Assembly: GCA_013265495.1 (NCBI GenBank)
Contig: MU057724.1
Span: 1,193,102 to 1,257,101, forward strand
Origin: Vicugna vicugna
Taxonomy: Eukaryota
DNA: 64,000 bases
Direction: 5' to 3'
A model generated the notes under the pieces. The model had not been told where the DNA came from. It made no database searches and saw nothing but the letters and a program-made list of their open reading frames with translations. Shown piece by piece: positions 39,131 to 52,290 of the stretch. Each line of letters opens with the position of its first letter. Position 1 is the stretch's first letter. Both the position numbers and the translations under genes were made by a program.

Positions 39131-41299
39131 GCTTTGTTCCTGTTTGAAGTGATGTGAGTCTCAGAGCACCAGACGCCTTCATGTTCTCAGGCGTGCTGGA
39201 AATTGCCTTCCGGAATCAATAGAAACGCTCCTGGCGTTTGGGGATTATCACTATTCCTCCATTACCGAGATGGATAGATTTTCCATTGCTTTAGCATCAT
39301 TTTCCGGGCCGTGAGTCTGGACTGAGGAGGAAATGGACCAGCCTTGATGCTGAAACAGGTTCCTGCATCCTCTCTGATTGTGCTCTTGTGGGCACGTCCA
39401 CACCCTGCCTCTCCAGGGTGATTTTCTCTGGGAACCTAGGGTATCCTCCAGGACATTATTAACTGCTTAGTGATGTGATTTTAAGGAATATAAAGCAATT
39501 TCATCTTGTATGACTTAAAAAAAGATGAATGAGACTTAATAAGAGAAAAACTTACAATGAACTCGAAAGCCAGCTGTAAATGATGCTGGGCTGTACTGGC
39601 CAGCATTTCCCTGCGGTTACCTGGACGCCTGATGTTTGCGTCCACACCCAGTATGTGCGTCATGAGAAGCTGTGTCTGTTTTCTCTCTTTACATTGCCTT
39701 AAGGACTTGCTTGCTCTTTAAAAATACAAACCACAGCTTGCCAGCCTTTTCCAGCTGCACTGACATAAAGTGAGGTCTCCTTCTCGTGTTCATGGTGTGC
39801 CCACCGTGTGGCCAGCCCCACCTCTGCTGGGTGTGGAGCTGGTCTGCTGTGGGGAGGTGAGAGGGCCCCTCCAGGAACAGACAGGCCTTTTGTTAGTCTC
39901 CATGCTCAGTCTTGTCCGACTTCACGGCCTTAGTCCAGGAGATCGCCCCCATTGAACGGGGGCTTTGGGTCCCCAAGGTTCATGCTCTTCCTACTGCCCC
40001 TGCCAGGCCCACGCTGCACCTGGCTGGACGTGACATCTGGACAGGGCCAGACCTTACACTGCTCTGGGTCCACATGCTGTACACTGCGAGCATTTCTGCG
40101 GTCCTGAATCTGCTTGCTTTGCACGTTGTAACACAAGAAAACTCTGGCTTATCTCCAATTTTTGCATCTCTTGTTTTCCTTGTTGCTCCCAATGTGATCA
40201 TTTTTTTCAGGAAAATTTGTTTTGAGCTAGTCTTGCATCAGTGGTAACGGTAATGTTTTCTAACCGCAAAGTGATTTTGTGAATCTGTCTAAAATATGCC
40301 ACTGACACAAATGTTTAAATGAGATATGAAAACAAATGCATTCTAAATTAAATGTGTGAAAAAAGGCTCAGAGTGGTCTGTCAACTTCCCCCATCCTAAA
40401 TGCGTTTTGAAACATCTTTCAGTATCATGAGAGTAAATTTTAATGTAGAAAGAAAGCTTCAAGGTTAAAGATTAGAAATATTATTTCCAAGCAATTTTCT
40501 AGTTCCTTTTCTTCTTCCTGTTGGCTTATTTTAATCCTTGTCCACATTTAAGCCTCTAGTCTTTCGTTCTCTTAACTCCTACTTTTTTCACTGTGGTGCT
40601 TTTTTCTCTCTTTCCACATGAAAGTGTTACAGGTTTTCCTGACTACATTGGTACTTATTTAACTCACTGACTGCTCATGTTAAAAATTTTTAAAAAGCAA
40701 GCAATTTTCCTAGAAATAGAAGCCTTTGTGCAGAAGAGGTGTTAGGATAAATTAACAACCCAGTTCTAAATCTCCCTGAATCCAATAATCAACAACTATT
40801 ATCGACCAGTGTTACTATTCGTGCAGAAATACAGAACACACACCCATGCAGACAGATCATTACTACAAATCTTTCAGTGTTTCCTCTGATTAAACTAAAC
40901 TGGGTAGCAAACTTGGCAGTGATTTATGTATACCAGGAAACCTTAAAATCATTTCCAAAATATCTACTACTCAACTATTTATAAATATACATGCAATACA
41001 ACTAAAATAAATCACCAATTGGCCATATTTCAAAGAGTTAAATTAATTGAAAGGACTATTGAGGCATTAGAAAACCATTATTCTGCCCAGCATTAGAAGA
41101 ATATAGAATGTTTACCATGCAATATTAAGAATTCCCAATGAACGATGGGGCATGGGATCCAGGGTCCACCCAAAGGACGCAGATGTTCCCAGAGGTCTCC
41201 CCACTTCCATGCAGCCCCCTGAGCCTGGGGTGTGGGAAAGGCAGTGCCCACAGTAACAATGCGAGGGGGGCTTTTGCAGGACCTCCAGAAGTGAGATCC

Positions 41300-41630
41300 A
41301 GATGTTAGATCTAGAAAAGAATGCAACTCAACCCCACATTTGCAGATCGCTGAACAGAGACCAAAGATGCCACGTGGTTGTGCCCAAGGCCACAGAATGA
41401 GTGAGCACAGAATTAGGTCTTAACCCAATGGCCTTTCTGTCACACTGTACAGTTACATTAAACCAGTATGCGGTCCTGGACCAGCTGAATCAGAATCACT
41501 GGATGCCTGTGAAAAATGTATAACCTGAGATTTTTCTAAACCCACTGAATCAGAATGGAGGCTGGGAGTAGGCAGTAGAAATCTGGCGCTTGTTAAGCAC
41601 CCTGTAGCTGACTCCTAGGTACTATGATTA
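41300..41630. mobile_element. MIR fragment followed by MER5A-like hAT-Charlie element
   Basis: CCCCACATTTGCAGAT...TGCCCAAGGCCACA (MIR), then ATCAGAATCAC...CCCACTGAATCAGAAT (MER5). Confidence 0.6.
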
Positions 41631-42237
41631 AAAAAAAATAGTCCTAAAGGGTACAAATATTATGGAGTAAAATACAGGTTTAAGCAATCAACTGCTTTGT
41701 CTATGTAACTGACATAACTAACATTAAATAACCAGGAGAAAGTCTCAGTGACAATAATACAGATTCCCAGAATCTCCCCCAGAAGCGACATCAGTTGTTC
41801 TGGTGTGAGTGCACGTGATTCAGAGGCCGTCATATGTGGAAGACACTCGTCTAAGTGATGGCATGTTGTTTATTTTTCCAAGTTATTAGCGAGGTGTCTG
41901 AAATTGACAGTTCTTTTCATAAAGTTGTTTTTTAAAAGCCACAGGTTGAGACTTACATTTCAGTAACCGACCATCAGGAAATCTGCTGAGCCCATGATGT
42001 TTCCTACTTAGCAACATTGGATTGGATGCGGTTGTGAGAGTCATTAAGTTTCCATAGTAAAATTAGTCAGCAGCAGTACATTAATTTTATTTGCTCCTAC
42101 ATTAAAATGCAGGAATATTGCCAATGTTAAAAGATATGTCCTAAGACTGCATGCAAATGTTTCCCAATCATTATCTGTCATAGTTTGCTAAAAATATTAA
42201 AGTACTCAATCATGACTGTATTGGCAGACAAAATTAA

Positions 42238-42765
42238 CTCTGATGGTTAATTTTATGTGTCAACTTGACTGGGCCATGGGATGTCCAAAGTGTTTGGCCA
42301 AACATTCTTCAAGTGTATCTGTGCAGGTGTTCTTGGATAAAATTAACATTTGAGCCAGTAGCTGATTGAAGCAGATTGCCCTCCCTAATGTGGGTGGTCC
42401 TAGTCTGATATGTTGAAGGCTTGAGTCAAGCATAAAGACTGGCTATCCTACAAGTAACAGTGAGTTACTCCTTCTGGCTGACGTGAGCTGGGGCATCGGT
42501 CTTTTCTTGCCTTTGGATTTGAACTGAAACATTGGCTTTTCTTTGTTCTTGAACTGAGGGCTTTCAGATTGCAACATATAGCCTTCTGGGTCTCCAGCTT
42601 ACTGACTGCACATCTTGGGACTTCTCAGCCTCCATAATTGTGTGAGACAATTCTTTATAATAAATCTCTCTCTATATATATGTACATATATAATATGTAT
42701 ACACATACATACATAATATATATACATACATATATGCATACATACGTGTGTGTGTGTGTATATTT
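42238..42765 (+). mobile_element. MLT2C/D LTR with expanded (TA)/(CATA)/(TG) microsatellite at 42673-42762
   Basis: TGATGGTTAATTTTATGTGTCAACTTGACTGGGCCA...GGGACTTCTCAGCCTCCATAATTGTGTGAG...TAATAAATCTCTCTC. Confidence 0.9.
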
Positions 42766-45700
42766 ATCTGTGAAAAATGCCATTGGAATTTTGATCAGGA
42801 TTGCATTGAAACTGTAGATCATTTTTATGAAGTTTTGCCATTTTTTAAAAACCTTAGAACATTTTTTCCAAGTGATGCCAGTCCATGAATTTTCGATGGG
42901 AATCATTTATATCATTACATTTTCTCTTCAATTTCACAACAGGATTTCTTTTAATAGTTGCAAAGGGAAAAGATAAACCAAAAGTCTATTAAAAACTATC
43001 ATTATTGTTAAAACCAAGGGCTGGATGCTGAAACCGCAATGATGAAAGTATTGTTCTTGCCCTAGAAAAATTTGATAATTGGTTTGAAATAACATGGTGG
43101 TCAAATACTTTCCTCAATATTTAAACGTTTAATTAGTCAAAATAACAGAGTGGTTACTTTTGGAATGATAGAAAAGGATCTTAATAAGTAACTAAATTTT
43201 GTATAACATTATACCGGCACTTTCAAATTTAGTTTTATTCCTAGACTTCAGTGCGTTGTTCCATTTTGTTTGGTCTGTGACTTATCTTTTGTTTCAGTGA
43301 TAAAGCCTTTTTGGAAGGTGGACAGTATCATTGCAGTAAGGCAGGCACAGGGTTTTGATTTTCTGGTACCTCTGTATGGGGCCTCTCTCTGCCCAGAGCA
43401 CATTCCCAGGTCCTAAAGGTGATGGGGGCACAGTAATTACCTAGGACAGGTTCTTACACTTGGCTCTGCAGAGTTCCAGGCTTGGAGAAAGTGGCTTAAT
43501 TTGATGTGGGAAAGAAAGCAAAGCTGGGGATTGGAGCCTGTGCCCTGCCCATTATCAATGGGGACCGTCAACATTTATGTATTTCCCATATTGGATTTCT
43601 ACAGCACCTATATGGGGAAAAAAATACCATGGCTCAATAAACAAACACAGTTCCCTCGGTGATTTTACCTTCTCTTAGATGGAAAACTGTTTTAGTTTGG
43701 AAACTTGTTTCCACTTAGAGGAACACGTTTTCCTGGTGAGAAGGAGCTGAGGTGCAGGGAGGCCAGCAGGCAGGAGGGTGCAGGGCATCCTAGTGGGAGA
43801 CACTGGCCCTCAGTTGACCCTGCCCGAGTGCGGGTCTGACTCACAGCCGCACCCCCCGCCGGCCTGATGGCCCCCACTGTGCTGGAGATCTCTCAGCAGA
43901 GGAGCTTGGAAATGTGGAGCCAGTAATGAGTTCTGAAGCACAGTCTCTCCAAACTGCGATGCGTGTCGATGGGAAAAGACGCTGTTTTCGTCCCTGACTC
44001 CCCTGGGCATGGAGCCTTGAGTCTTCACCTTCATGTCATCAGCTCCCCTTCAGACAGGTGGTCTCGGGCTGCTGCGCTGACCCGAAGGATGTCAGGGAAG
44101 TGGGTGGTCACAGACGACAGGTCCCAGAACTTCACAGCGTCAAGAGCTGGCGCATCAAACAAGTACAACTTGTAAGGAGCCAAGTCCAGGAGACGTCGGA
44201 GGGCTGGGCCCCGAGACACAGAGCGAAGAGAAGGCAGCTTGTGGGAGTGAGCGCTGACTGATCACATTGTATCAGAGTCACACACGGGGGCTGGGAGCAA
44301 GGAGTCCAGAAACCAGGGGGAGAGGGAGGTGTCTGGAACCCCACCCCCGGGGCTGGGGCCACTTTACGACCTGGGTGCACGTGGCTGGGGTATTGTTCTC
44401 CTGCAAACCAGCCAAGGTGAGGTGCGCGGACAGCTCCTGTTACAGTCTGATAAACAATCAGAATTTTCAGTGACGTGACGGGAACTCCCTCGCTTCATGT
44501 TGGTCACAAAGTTGGCAGTTCTGAGAAACTGAGCCTTACCCTTGCAGCTGAGATTTGGGTGCTTACGTGTCCTGTGGCGGGTGAAACGACTTTCCACACC
44601 GTTCTCCTGAGTCTTCCTTGCAGCAATAATGATATTTCTAACTTCATACTTCTAATCGTTGTTAATTTTAAAAAATACTTACGTGTGCTGCATCTTGTTT
44701 GAACTGTGCACGGTCCTTGGGAAGGAGGCAGGGGTAGAATGGGTATTGAGACTTGGACCTTTTAAGTCAGTTATTTAGCAGGTGAGTAACATGCCAATAT
44801 ACACAGGGTCCTTCCTGAGCTGATGCTTCCACTCTGCACCTGCAACTGTCTTCTTTCTGAATCTCCATCAAATGAGATACTTGTTTTTATCTGCCTCTGT
44901 GAATCTCAGGGCTTCATTTTAAGCTTTTTTATACAAATATATAGAGAGAGACAGACGACAGACAGATGGACAGACAGACAGTAGTGTTTCCCCATGGGTT
45001 TCAAAGGAAAGGTACCACCTATTTGTGCTCACTGCTGCCCCCTGGTAAGTTCTACGCGTTGATCCCTCTCCTGAACTCTTCACGTGCTGCATTTAGAATT
45101 TACTCCTTTAATCGCATGTCTCAAAGCTAAAACTCCTACTAAGAACAGCTGGAGAGGAGACTGGGGACAGTCACACAGAGCCTTGTAGAGACTTGTGCCA
45201 GTGGAGGGAAATTTTTGAAAGTAGCAACGGAATAACTGACTTCCAGAGAGACCGCATCTTGCAAATCTCGCCATCAGAGACGCTGTCCTTGTGTTCAGAC
45301 CCTGGACCTGCAGCGATCTCCATGGAGGTCCTAGTCCTACCTACATGAGTCAGGGCCGTCCGACAACGAAATGAGCACCAAGGGCACCAGACCTGCCCCA
45401 GGGGCTCCCTGTCCTGTCCAGACAGCGTGAACCTGTGGTCGCACCAGACAAGGACCCTGGTCACCTTCCTGAGTCTCTGCATAAAGTGACCACATTAAAA
45501 AGAGACAGCTCAGGGAGAGCTCAGGATGGGTGCACGTGGGGAGGGTGAGAGGGAGAGCTGAGCTGGAGGTTTGACATAAACGAGCTTGGCTGAAGTTTTG
45601 AAATGGTGAAGTCTAGGCACTGGGAGGCCAGTATCTTCGTTAATGGAGACTTTGGGGAAAAAAGAAAGAAAAAAATTGAACATGTAACAACATGAATATT

Positions 45701-46839
45701 GACACCCACTTATATATCCTCATTTCTGTGCACAATGGCAATGTTTTACAACTTTGTACATAACTTCAAGCATTTTATCCATTTTCTAGGTTTGGAGGAG
45801 GAGATAATTTTTGCAAAGCAGGTGTTTTTGAAATTTTTGGAGGGCTCCTTTTGGCAGCTATCTCTCTTTCAACAATCTATCTATTTTATTCAGTAGGCTT
45901 GCAGTGGTGTTCCTACGTCTCCAGAATTTCTTTTTTCCTAAGTAGTTAATGTTGAAAGAGTCTTCCTTCTGTTTTCATGGAGTATTATCAAAACTGCATA
46001 ATTAAAAATAAATAGTCACACAGAAATATAAAAAATCTAACTAAATAGGTTGGGCAAAAATGAGTTTAGTACAAAAAGCAAAATGAATTAAGGAACTGAT
46101 TTAACTTTTTAAATGTGCATTTACGTGTAAAACCAGCTGAGTCCAAACAAATTATCAAAACATCAATAAGAGATTGGAGTTATTTCATTTTTTTTAAGTT
46201 TGATTTTGGATGTATTCTTCAAAGATAGAAAATTTCAAAATTTCTTGACAACTTTACAAACAAGCAGAATGATCCTAGCTGGCCAAAACTGATACAATAT
46301 TTGGGGGAAAAAATAATATGAAAGTGCTAAAATTTCCTCCAAAATCTGAAGGCCTGCAAAAATGGTCTTAAAAGGAGGCCCTTTCTGAAAAGACAAAGGT
46401 CAACCAGGAGAGGGGTGTTCTGCCCTTGGTGTGGGGGGCCGGATGCTGGCCTCCCCTTGCGGGTACCCAGGGCAGCTGCTCACAGGCTGACCCCGAACGC
46501 TGCGTTTCCCAGTCTCGATGGGGCCGGATGTAGTCTTGCGATGGGAAGGATGAAATGTGAGCAGACGAGATGTGTTCAGCTCCTGGGTGCTGCCCCACCG
46601 GGAATTTGGATGTGGGGCCGAGCCCGACCTCCCTCAGACCACCCAGGCCGAGGGTGGCGGCGAGTTATTTCAGATGCCGTGGGATCTCTGAGCCGTGGGG
46701 CTTGGCCCTTACAGGAGGAGAAACAGTGATCCTGTTTAAGCCACTGTTACGTTGACATTTTTAAAATATAACCAGGCACTATTCTAACCAATATCGAAAG
46801 GGGGAAGACATAAACAGAGTGGCTGTTAAGGTGTCCATC

Positions 46840-47650
46840 GCTGCGTGGAAACCGAGCGCACTGAAAACGAAGCCCAAGTGACTGCAAGTGCCATTCTTAC
46901 TCTGGTTTTAACCAGTTTAAGCGGCGGGGGCAGTTCATCCGTCTCCAGCCAGTCAGGGCCCAGCGTGAAGACGGAGCGCCCGGGGAGGGCGCACGGGCGC
47001 TCAGCGCAGGGCGAGTTCCGGGAACAGCGGGCGGCGCTGTCGCGGGGAGCGGAGGGCTGCAGAGGCCGTCGGCCCTCACTCACCGGAGCATCCTGGAAAT
47101 CATCTGAATAAGGCGCGTCCACGTACCGCTGCACCGTGCTTCCTGCCCTGTTTCCCACGGCTGCCCGGCCGGTCCTCCGCGCCAGCAGCCCCCGCGCGCT
47201 GCGGGGGACACAGCCCGTCCCTGGGCGCGCCTGCCCCAGACGAGCGTTTGCGGGAAGGCGCTGTGCGTCCCCGCGCGCCCGCGCGCGAGGAGCCGTGGCC
47301 GTCTGACCGCGCTCCGGGCTGCGTCGTGAAGATGAGGTCCAATGAGCAGGACGGGGCCGTTCTCAGCATGTTGACGGCAGCAGTTTCGGCTCGTTCCTCG
47401 GCATTAGGTGGAGTCACAGGAGGCCGGACCCCCAGACGGAGGCCGGGCTGGTGACGCCTGCCCCGGGAGGGCACGGCCAGCCCGCCTGCGGCCCAGGGCC
47501 GGGGCCCGCTGCTGCTGGGGCACACGTGCGGCCACAGTGGGAGCCCCGCCGTGCTGTGTGGCTCCGCCTGAGCTGGCTGAGGGCGGCCGCGTTTATGCTC
47601 CGCGGACGCCGATCGACCTGGGCGCTGCTGCTGCTCTGCGTGTTTTAAGC
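46840..47650. other. Intronic GC/CpG-rich peak
   Basis: Dense CpG (CGCGCGCCCGCGCGCGAGG) that ends abruptly at about 47650 in very AT-rich sequence. Confidence 0.75.
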
Positions 47651-48214
47651 GGTGATGTTTTCTAATAATCATATTGTAAGAAATTAATTCCATGAAAGTT
47701 TTCTTTTTTCCCTAAGACTTCTACCAAGCACTGACAAATCAGTAAGCTGCTTTATCACTGGACATAAAGATGATCACTTTTGGAAATTTGTTTATTGGTT
47801 ATTGCATTATATTGTGATATGGATCAATTATTTAAAAACAGTCATATAGAGAAAAGCCTAAACATTTCAGGTCTGAATAGGGAAAAGTAATACGGAGACA
47901 ACGAATGTGACTTTCGGGGGAAAAAAGTCTTTTTTGTTTTGTGAGAAAAAACTCTCTGTAGTTTTCCAAGAAGCTGTTCATTAAATTATCTTGTAAACGA
48001 GCCAACCGCAAAATGACATTCTTCTCTCACAGTTCTCACTGCATAACCTAGGAACACCCAGTGTGTGGTGTGTTCTGGGACTTACGGTACTGAAGTTGCT
48101 GGTTGGTTGTGCATCATGGATTTTCGGAAATACCTAGAAACATGCTCTTTTATTCAGTTATCATCACACTAATACTGCATAACAAAACCAGAATCTCTCG
48201 GGGGCACACACTAC

Positions 48215-48715
48215 TGTATCAGCTGGGACTCTCCAGACCACAGAACCAGTCGGGTATCTATTACCTGTACAAACACATTAAGAGAAATTCATTTCAAGGA
48301 GTTGGCGGACAGCACCTTGGGCCTGGCGAGTCCGGAACCTGTAGGACAGTCTGGAGAGCAGGAAATGACTGGCCGGAGTTGGTGCTGCTTTCTTGAAGCC
48401 GAATTTCATCATCAGAGGAATGTTTGAGTTTGGCTTTTAAGGCCTTGCAACTGATTGCAGGAGGCCTACCCACATTATGTAGAATCTCATTTACTTAAAG
48501 TCAGCTGTCTGTAGCTGTTGGCCACATCTCCAGAATACCTCACAGAGACATTTGCGCTAGTGTTTGACTGATTAACTTGGGGCCAGGTTGGACCACTGGC
48601 CTGACTAAGCTGGCACATAAAAACTAGCCATCACAGTCCACCCTGGTCAGCATGGCACTGTCAACCTACTTAACCTCCAAGCAAAGACCACAAGGTCATA
48701 CCTCCAACCAAGATG
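48215..48715 (-). mobile_element. MLT2 LTR (48215-48635) with adjoining ERVL internal 3' stub
   Basis: The LTR terminus GCCATCACA is followed directly by GTCCACCCTGGTCA (polypurine tract on minus) and ERVL-int-like CAAGGTCATA. Confidence 0.8.
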
Positions 48716-50420
48716 AAGTTAGTGTCCTTCGTACAGCCTGAAATGCATGGTGTCACCAGTGGAGGAGGAAGGATGCGGGCTAGATGGGACCTTCTGCTGT
48801 TTCCATGGCATGTCTGTAAATCCAAAACTGTTCCAACACAGGAGTTTCTACAGAAAAGATCTCAGAAATTTTTAAACATACAAAATTTGAACAAACTTTA
48901 CTCCAGTTTTTAAGTTTATAATCACTGAGTATAGTTTTGTGATAGCTGTGAAATTGATGTTACCCAGTAAGTAAGCTATTTTGAATCTCATACTAATTCT
49001 TTTTCTGAATAAATACCTGATACTATTACCAGATATTTTCATGAAAGCTGGTGGAAAAACTGAGGGGAAAAAAAGGAAGACATGTTAAAAGTGGCAGAAA
49101 ACGTGGATGAAGTTCAAGTGCTGGTTAAATGCCCTCATGTATGTTTCGCTTGTTGTGTTTAGTGGCAGGAAACTGAGTCTAGAGACACCGTGTTTTATAT
49201 AATCAATAAATTCTGAAAGTCTCCTGCTTATGTAGAAAAGGAATAACTTTATGTCAGAGTTGGAGATACTGACGGTTCTCTCAAATGCAATCTTTAAGGG
49301 CAATTTTGAAAAATAATAAATAATGACAAATTTCTCATGGGCACTAAAAGAATAATTTATATCATCAAGTTATAATTTAATGACAAATTGTACTTTTATT
49401 TGCTAGTGATTTGTTGTTTCTTAGCTGTACTGAACTCAGCCTCCTCATGCCTTCCGTTCAAGCCAGACCAGGCTCAGCATCCACTCGACATATTTAAGGA
49501 ACATGATATGTTACGTGGCACGTTCCACGACTGAGGAAAACAGTTGATCTCGTTTCTTTCAAAGGCAACGACAACGATCCCTTGAGGACATGTCTAGTCC
49601 ACTCACACTTGCTTGACCACGTGTTCTTCACTCTCACACAGCAGCAAATGACAAAAAGAATCCAGCAGTTTTCTGCCCCAGAGGCTGAGAGGAGCAGTAG
49701 TTCTAAGGTGTATGAAGTCTTCTGTTTTGGAATTCACCACACATTTTACTTTAAAGCCTCATTTACCTAAACTATTAGATTTTGACTCGGCAATTTTTAT
49801 ACTGACAAGGTATATCACATAATTATCATATAATTTAATTTCATTTAATTATCATATAATTAAAACTCCCTAAAAGCATTTTAAAAACCACCCTTATAGC
49901 ACTTGTGTGCATTTAAGTGTACGTCTATCATTTGGGTATTTCAGTGACCACTAAATGGACCTGCATTAGATATTTCACACCTTGATTCATTTTAATATTA
50001 CTCCCGCTGATAAATAATTCGCTTTCTCGCACCACACTGTTTGTGAATAAGCTTTAAGTTCCGGAGAGAATTATTCATGCATGTAGCTTTTAATTAAAAA
50101 GAGAAAGATTAGTCAACCTTTTTTCAAGAGATAACCACATGAAAGGCAACTTTTAATTGCTCCTTTTGAAGTCCGGTTCCCAGTTGCAAAGTTGGGTTGC
50201 ACAGGGCGGTCTGGGGACGCGCTAACCCCAGACAGAGGAGCCTGGCCCTGCCTGCGTGCCGGGCCGGGGTGCGGGCTGCCAGGGCGCGCCCCCGGCCCCG
50301 CGGGGTGACAGCCTGGCTGACGGGACCTGCCGAGCGCCCGCCTGTCGTCCCTGCGCGCCCCCCTCTCCCGCGCGCGACGCTGGGCTTGATGGCGTTTCTC
50401 TGTCTTTCCTGTCTTTTCAG

Positions 50421-50450
50421 ACGGCGTCCCTGGCGGTGCCCCACTAGCAC
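50421..50450 (+). other. SNTG1: 5'-UTR part of the SNTG1 ATG-containing exon
   Basis: Acceptor TTTCTCTGTCTTTCCTGTCTTTTCAG ends at 50420, so the ATG exon (50421-50477) is internal and implies upstream non-coding exon(s). Confidence 0.88.
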
Positions 50451-50477
50451 ATGGATTTCAGGACCGCCTGTGAGGAG
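50451..50477 (+). CDS. SNTG1: Gamma-1 syntrophin, first coding exon (MDFRTACEE)
   Basis: ATGGATTTCAGGACCGCCTGTGAGGAG is followed by donor GTAGGT at 50478. There is an in-frame TAG at 50445-50447 just upstream of the ATG. The peptide matches the recalled N-terminus of mammalian SNTG1 and splices in phase 0 to the exon at 56435. Confidence 0.97.
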
Positions 50478-52109
50478 GTAGGTGCCCTGGCTTCTGCTCT
50501 CTGCTTAGGGGAGCAGGTGGTGAGCGGGTGGGAGGGGAGGCTGCTTTGGGCAGGGGGTGCGGGTGCCTCCGTGTCGTGTTCCGAGTGTCACCGGGTCTGC
50601 GAGCCCGGAAAGTCACTGGGCGCCGCGGGACACCCGGGCCTCCGCCTCCTTCAGGAGCCCGGGGCCACTTGCTCTGACTGGTCGTCCTTCGCGAACCGCA
50701 CGGGGCGGTTTCAGGCAGCGGAAGCCCGGGAACCAGGTCTTGTCACATGAGCGGTTGTGCGTTAGGGGACATCTAAAGCCCCTTTCAGACCTGAAGCCCT
50801 CTGATTGCGTGATTCCGATGCTGCTGAGGTGTTTCAGTCTCGTCCAAGTGTTGACACTCGGCGGATCCCAGTGTCCAGAGCACTGTCTGCATGGTCCTGG
50901 GAGTCCAGTGGCGCTCCGTCTGGGGGACCGAGGCCACGCAAGTGTGCGGTCAGCCCTGCGGGAAGGTGGCCCCGGCGGGGGGGGGGGGGCAGCCGTTCTG
51001 CTCTAGGGGAAGGATTATCTTCTCACCCCCTTTCCACTCTGCAGGAAAGTTGCAAGGAAATATTCGTGTTACAATATTTCATAGTGGCTTAAAAGGGTTA
51101 AAATGTTTCTATTGTGTATAAATAGCCCCGGAAAAAACAGCCATGACTGGATTACCTATGATAAAGCTTAAAAAAAGCTTCAGTATTAACATTTGTGACA
51201 ATTGTTCTTTTAGTAAAGTGCCATGTGTTAAATTTGTTGCAAAAATATCTTTTAAAAAAATACTTGTTGCCGTAAGTTCAAAGTTTAGGTCTCTCAAGAA
51301 AAAAATAGTAAATTGCTTTTAATACATGGGCTCCTTTTTTATTCATTTACTTTTTTATTTTCAGTTTAAGCGTGGTAATACTTCCTACATGTCTCTATCT
51401 CAGCACTTTTTAAAGTGTGCTGTGTCATAGTGGTTGGTTTGCAAACCTCTTGTGCACACACTGAACACCGCGAGGTCAGAGTCTATAGCTTACTCATCTT
51501 TTGATTCAGCACCTGTCAGTTCATACTTTTTAAAATAGTTAAATCAGTGTTTTGTTTTAGAAGCTTAAATTTAGGAGTGTACATTTTAATTTTGTGACAT
51601 TCCTAGTTTTCAGTACAGTAATTTTGAACATGGTAAATCCACTTCCATCAAAGTGTTATTTATGTGGTCGAGACTCACGTGGTCGAGACTGGACAGTGGC
51701 CAAGTATTTTTTTAACAAATGATTCCCCTTGGACTTCAGAGGCTGACATAAGACTGATTTCCCAGACCTCTTTTTTAAACAAAATATTTTAATTCATTCT
51801 TAGAAACATGTATCAAATTCTACATAAGGTCCAGGTGTATTTCATGGTGGTGACACCACTAAGGCCTCTCACCTTTGCTTCTGTGGTAGAAGTTCTTGCT
51901 CTCCTGCAATGACCCTTTGAGGATCCCACCACTTTGAGAGTCTGTCCCCACCATGAGCAGAACTTCTCAGAACTGTCAGAGGCAGTCCTTGGCGTCTCCC
52001 ACATGCTGGACAGGCTGGGAGGAGCACAGGACCATTCGGTGCTCTTGAGGATGACCACATCACCCAAAAGGTGGACCAGAGTCAACGAGAGCATCTGAAA
52101 CGGACAGTC

Positions 52110-52290
52110 TTAGAACGTTTAAGTGGACTGGCACGGCGAAGAGAATCTAGCTAAACTCTGTCACTTTGCAGATGAGCAGATGAGAGGTTTTAGGAAACGC
52201 TGAGGGCCATTTAATTAATTAGTTGAAAGCAAAGCCATCATGTGTAGCTTGGAGCGCTGGAGTCCAAGTTTGGTTCTCTTTCTGCAGTAC
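52110..52290 (-). mobile_element. MIR remnant
   Basis: TCACTTTGCAGATGAGCAGATGAGAGG. Confidence 0.5.

Larger units (their letters stand above)
50200..51000. other. GC/CpG-rich peak spanning the SNTG1 ATG exon
   Basis: CpG-dense on both sides of the 57-bp exon, with a poly-G run at about 50977-50988 and AT-rich flanks. Confidence 0.75.

Noticed and set aside
37972..39157. Overlapping ORFs of 211, 284 and 155 aa
   Set aside because: Several frames are open at once with P/R/G/A-rich composition, a by-product of high GC.
45279..45299. Possible RE1/REST site (CGCTGTCC half)
   Set aside because: Only one half-site matches; the GGTGCTGA half is absent.
50478..50750. ORF-track extension of MDFRTACEE to 99 aa
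   Set aside because: SNTG1 similarity ends at the GTAGGT donor; the remainder is intron read-through.
51664..51690. GTGGTCGAGACT repeated twice around CACGTG
   Set aside because: A single 15-bp slippage duplication inside a decayed MER5-like fragment; too small to interpret.
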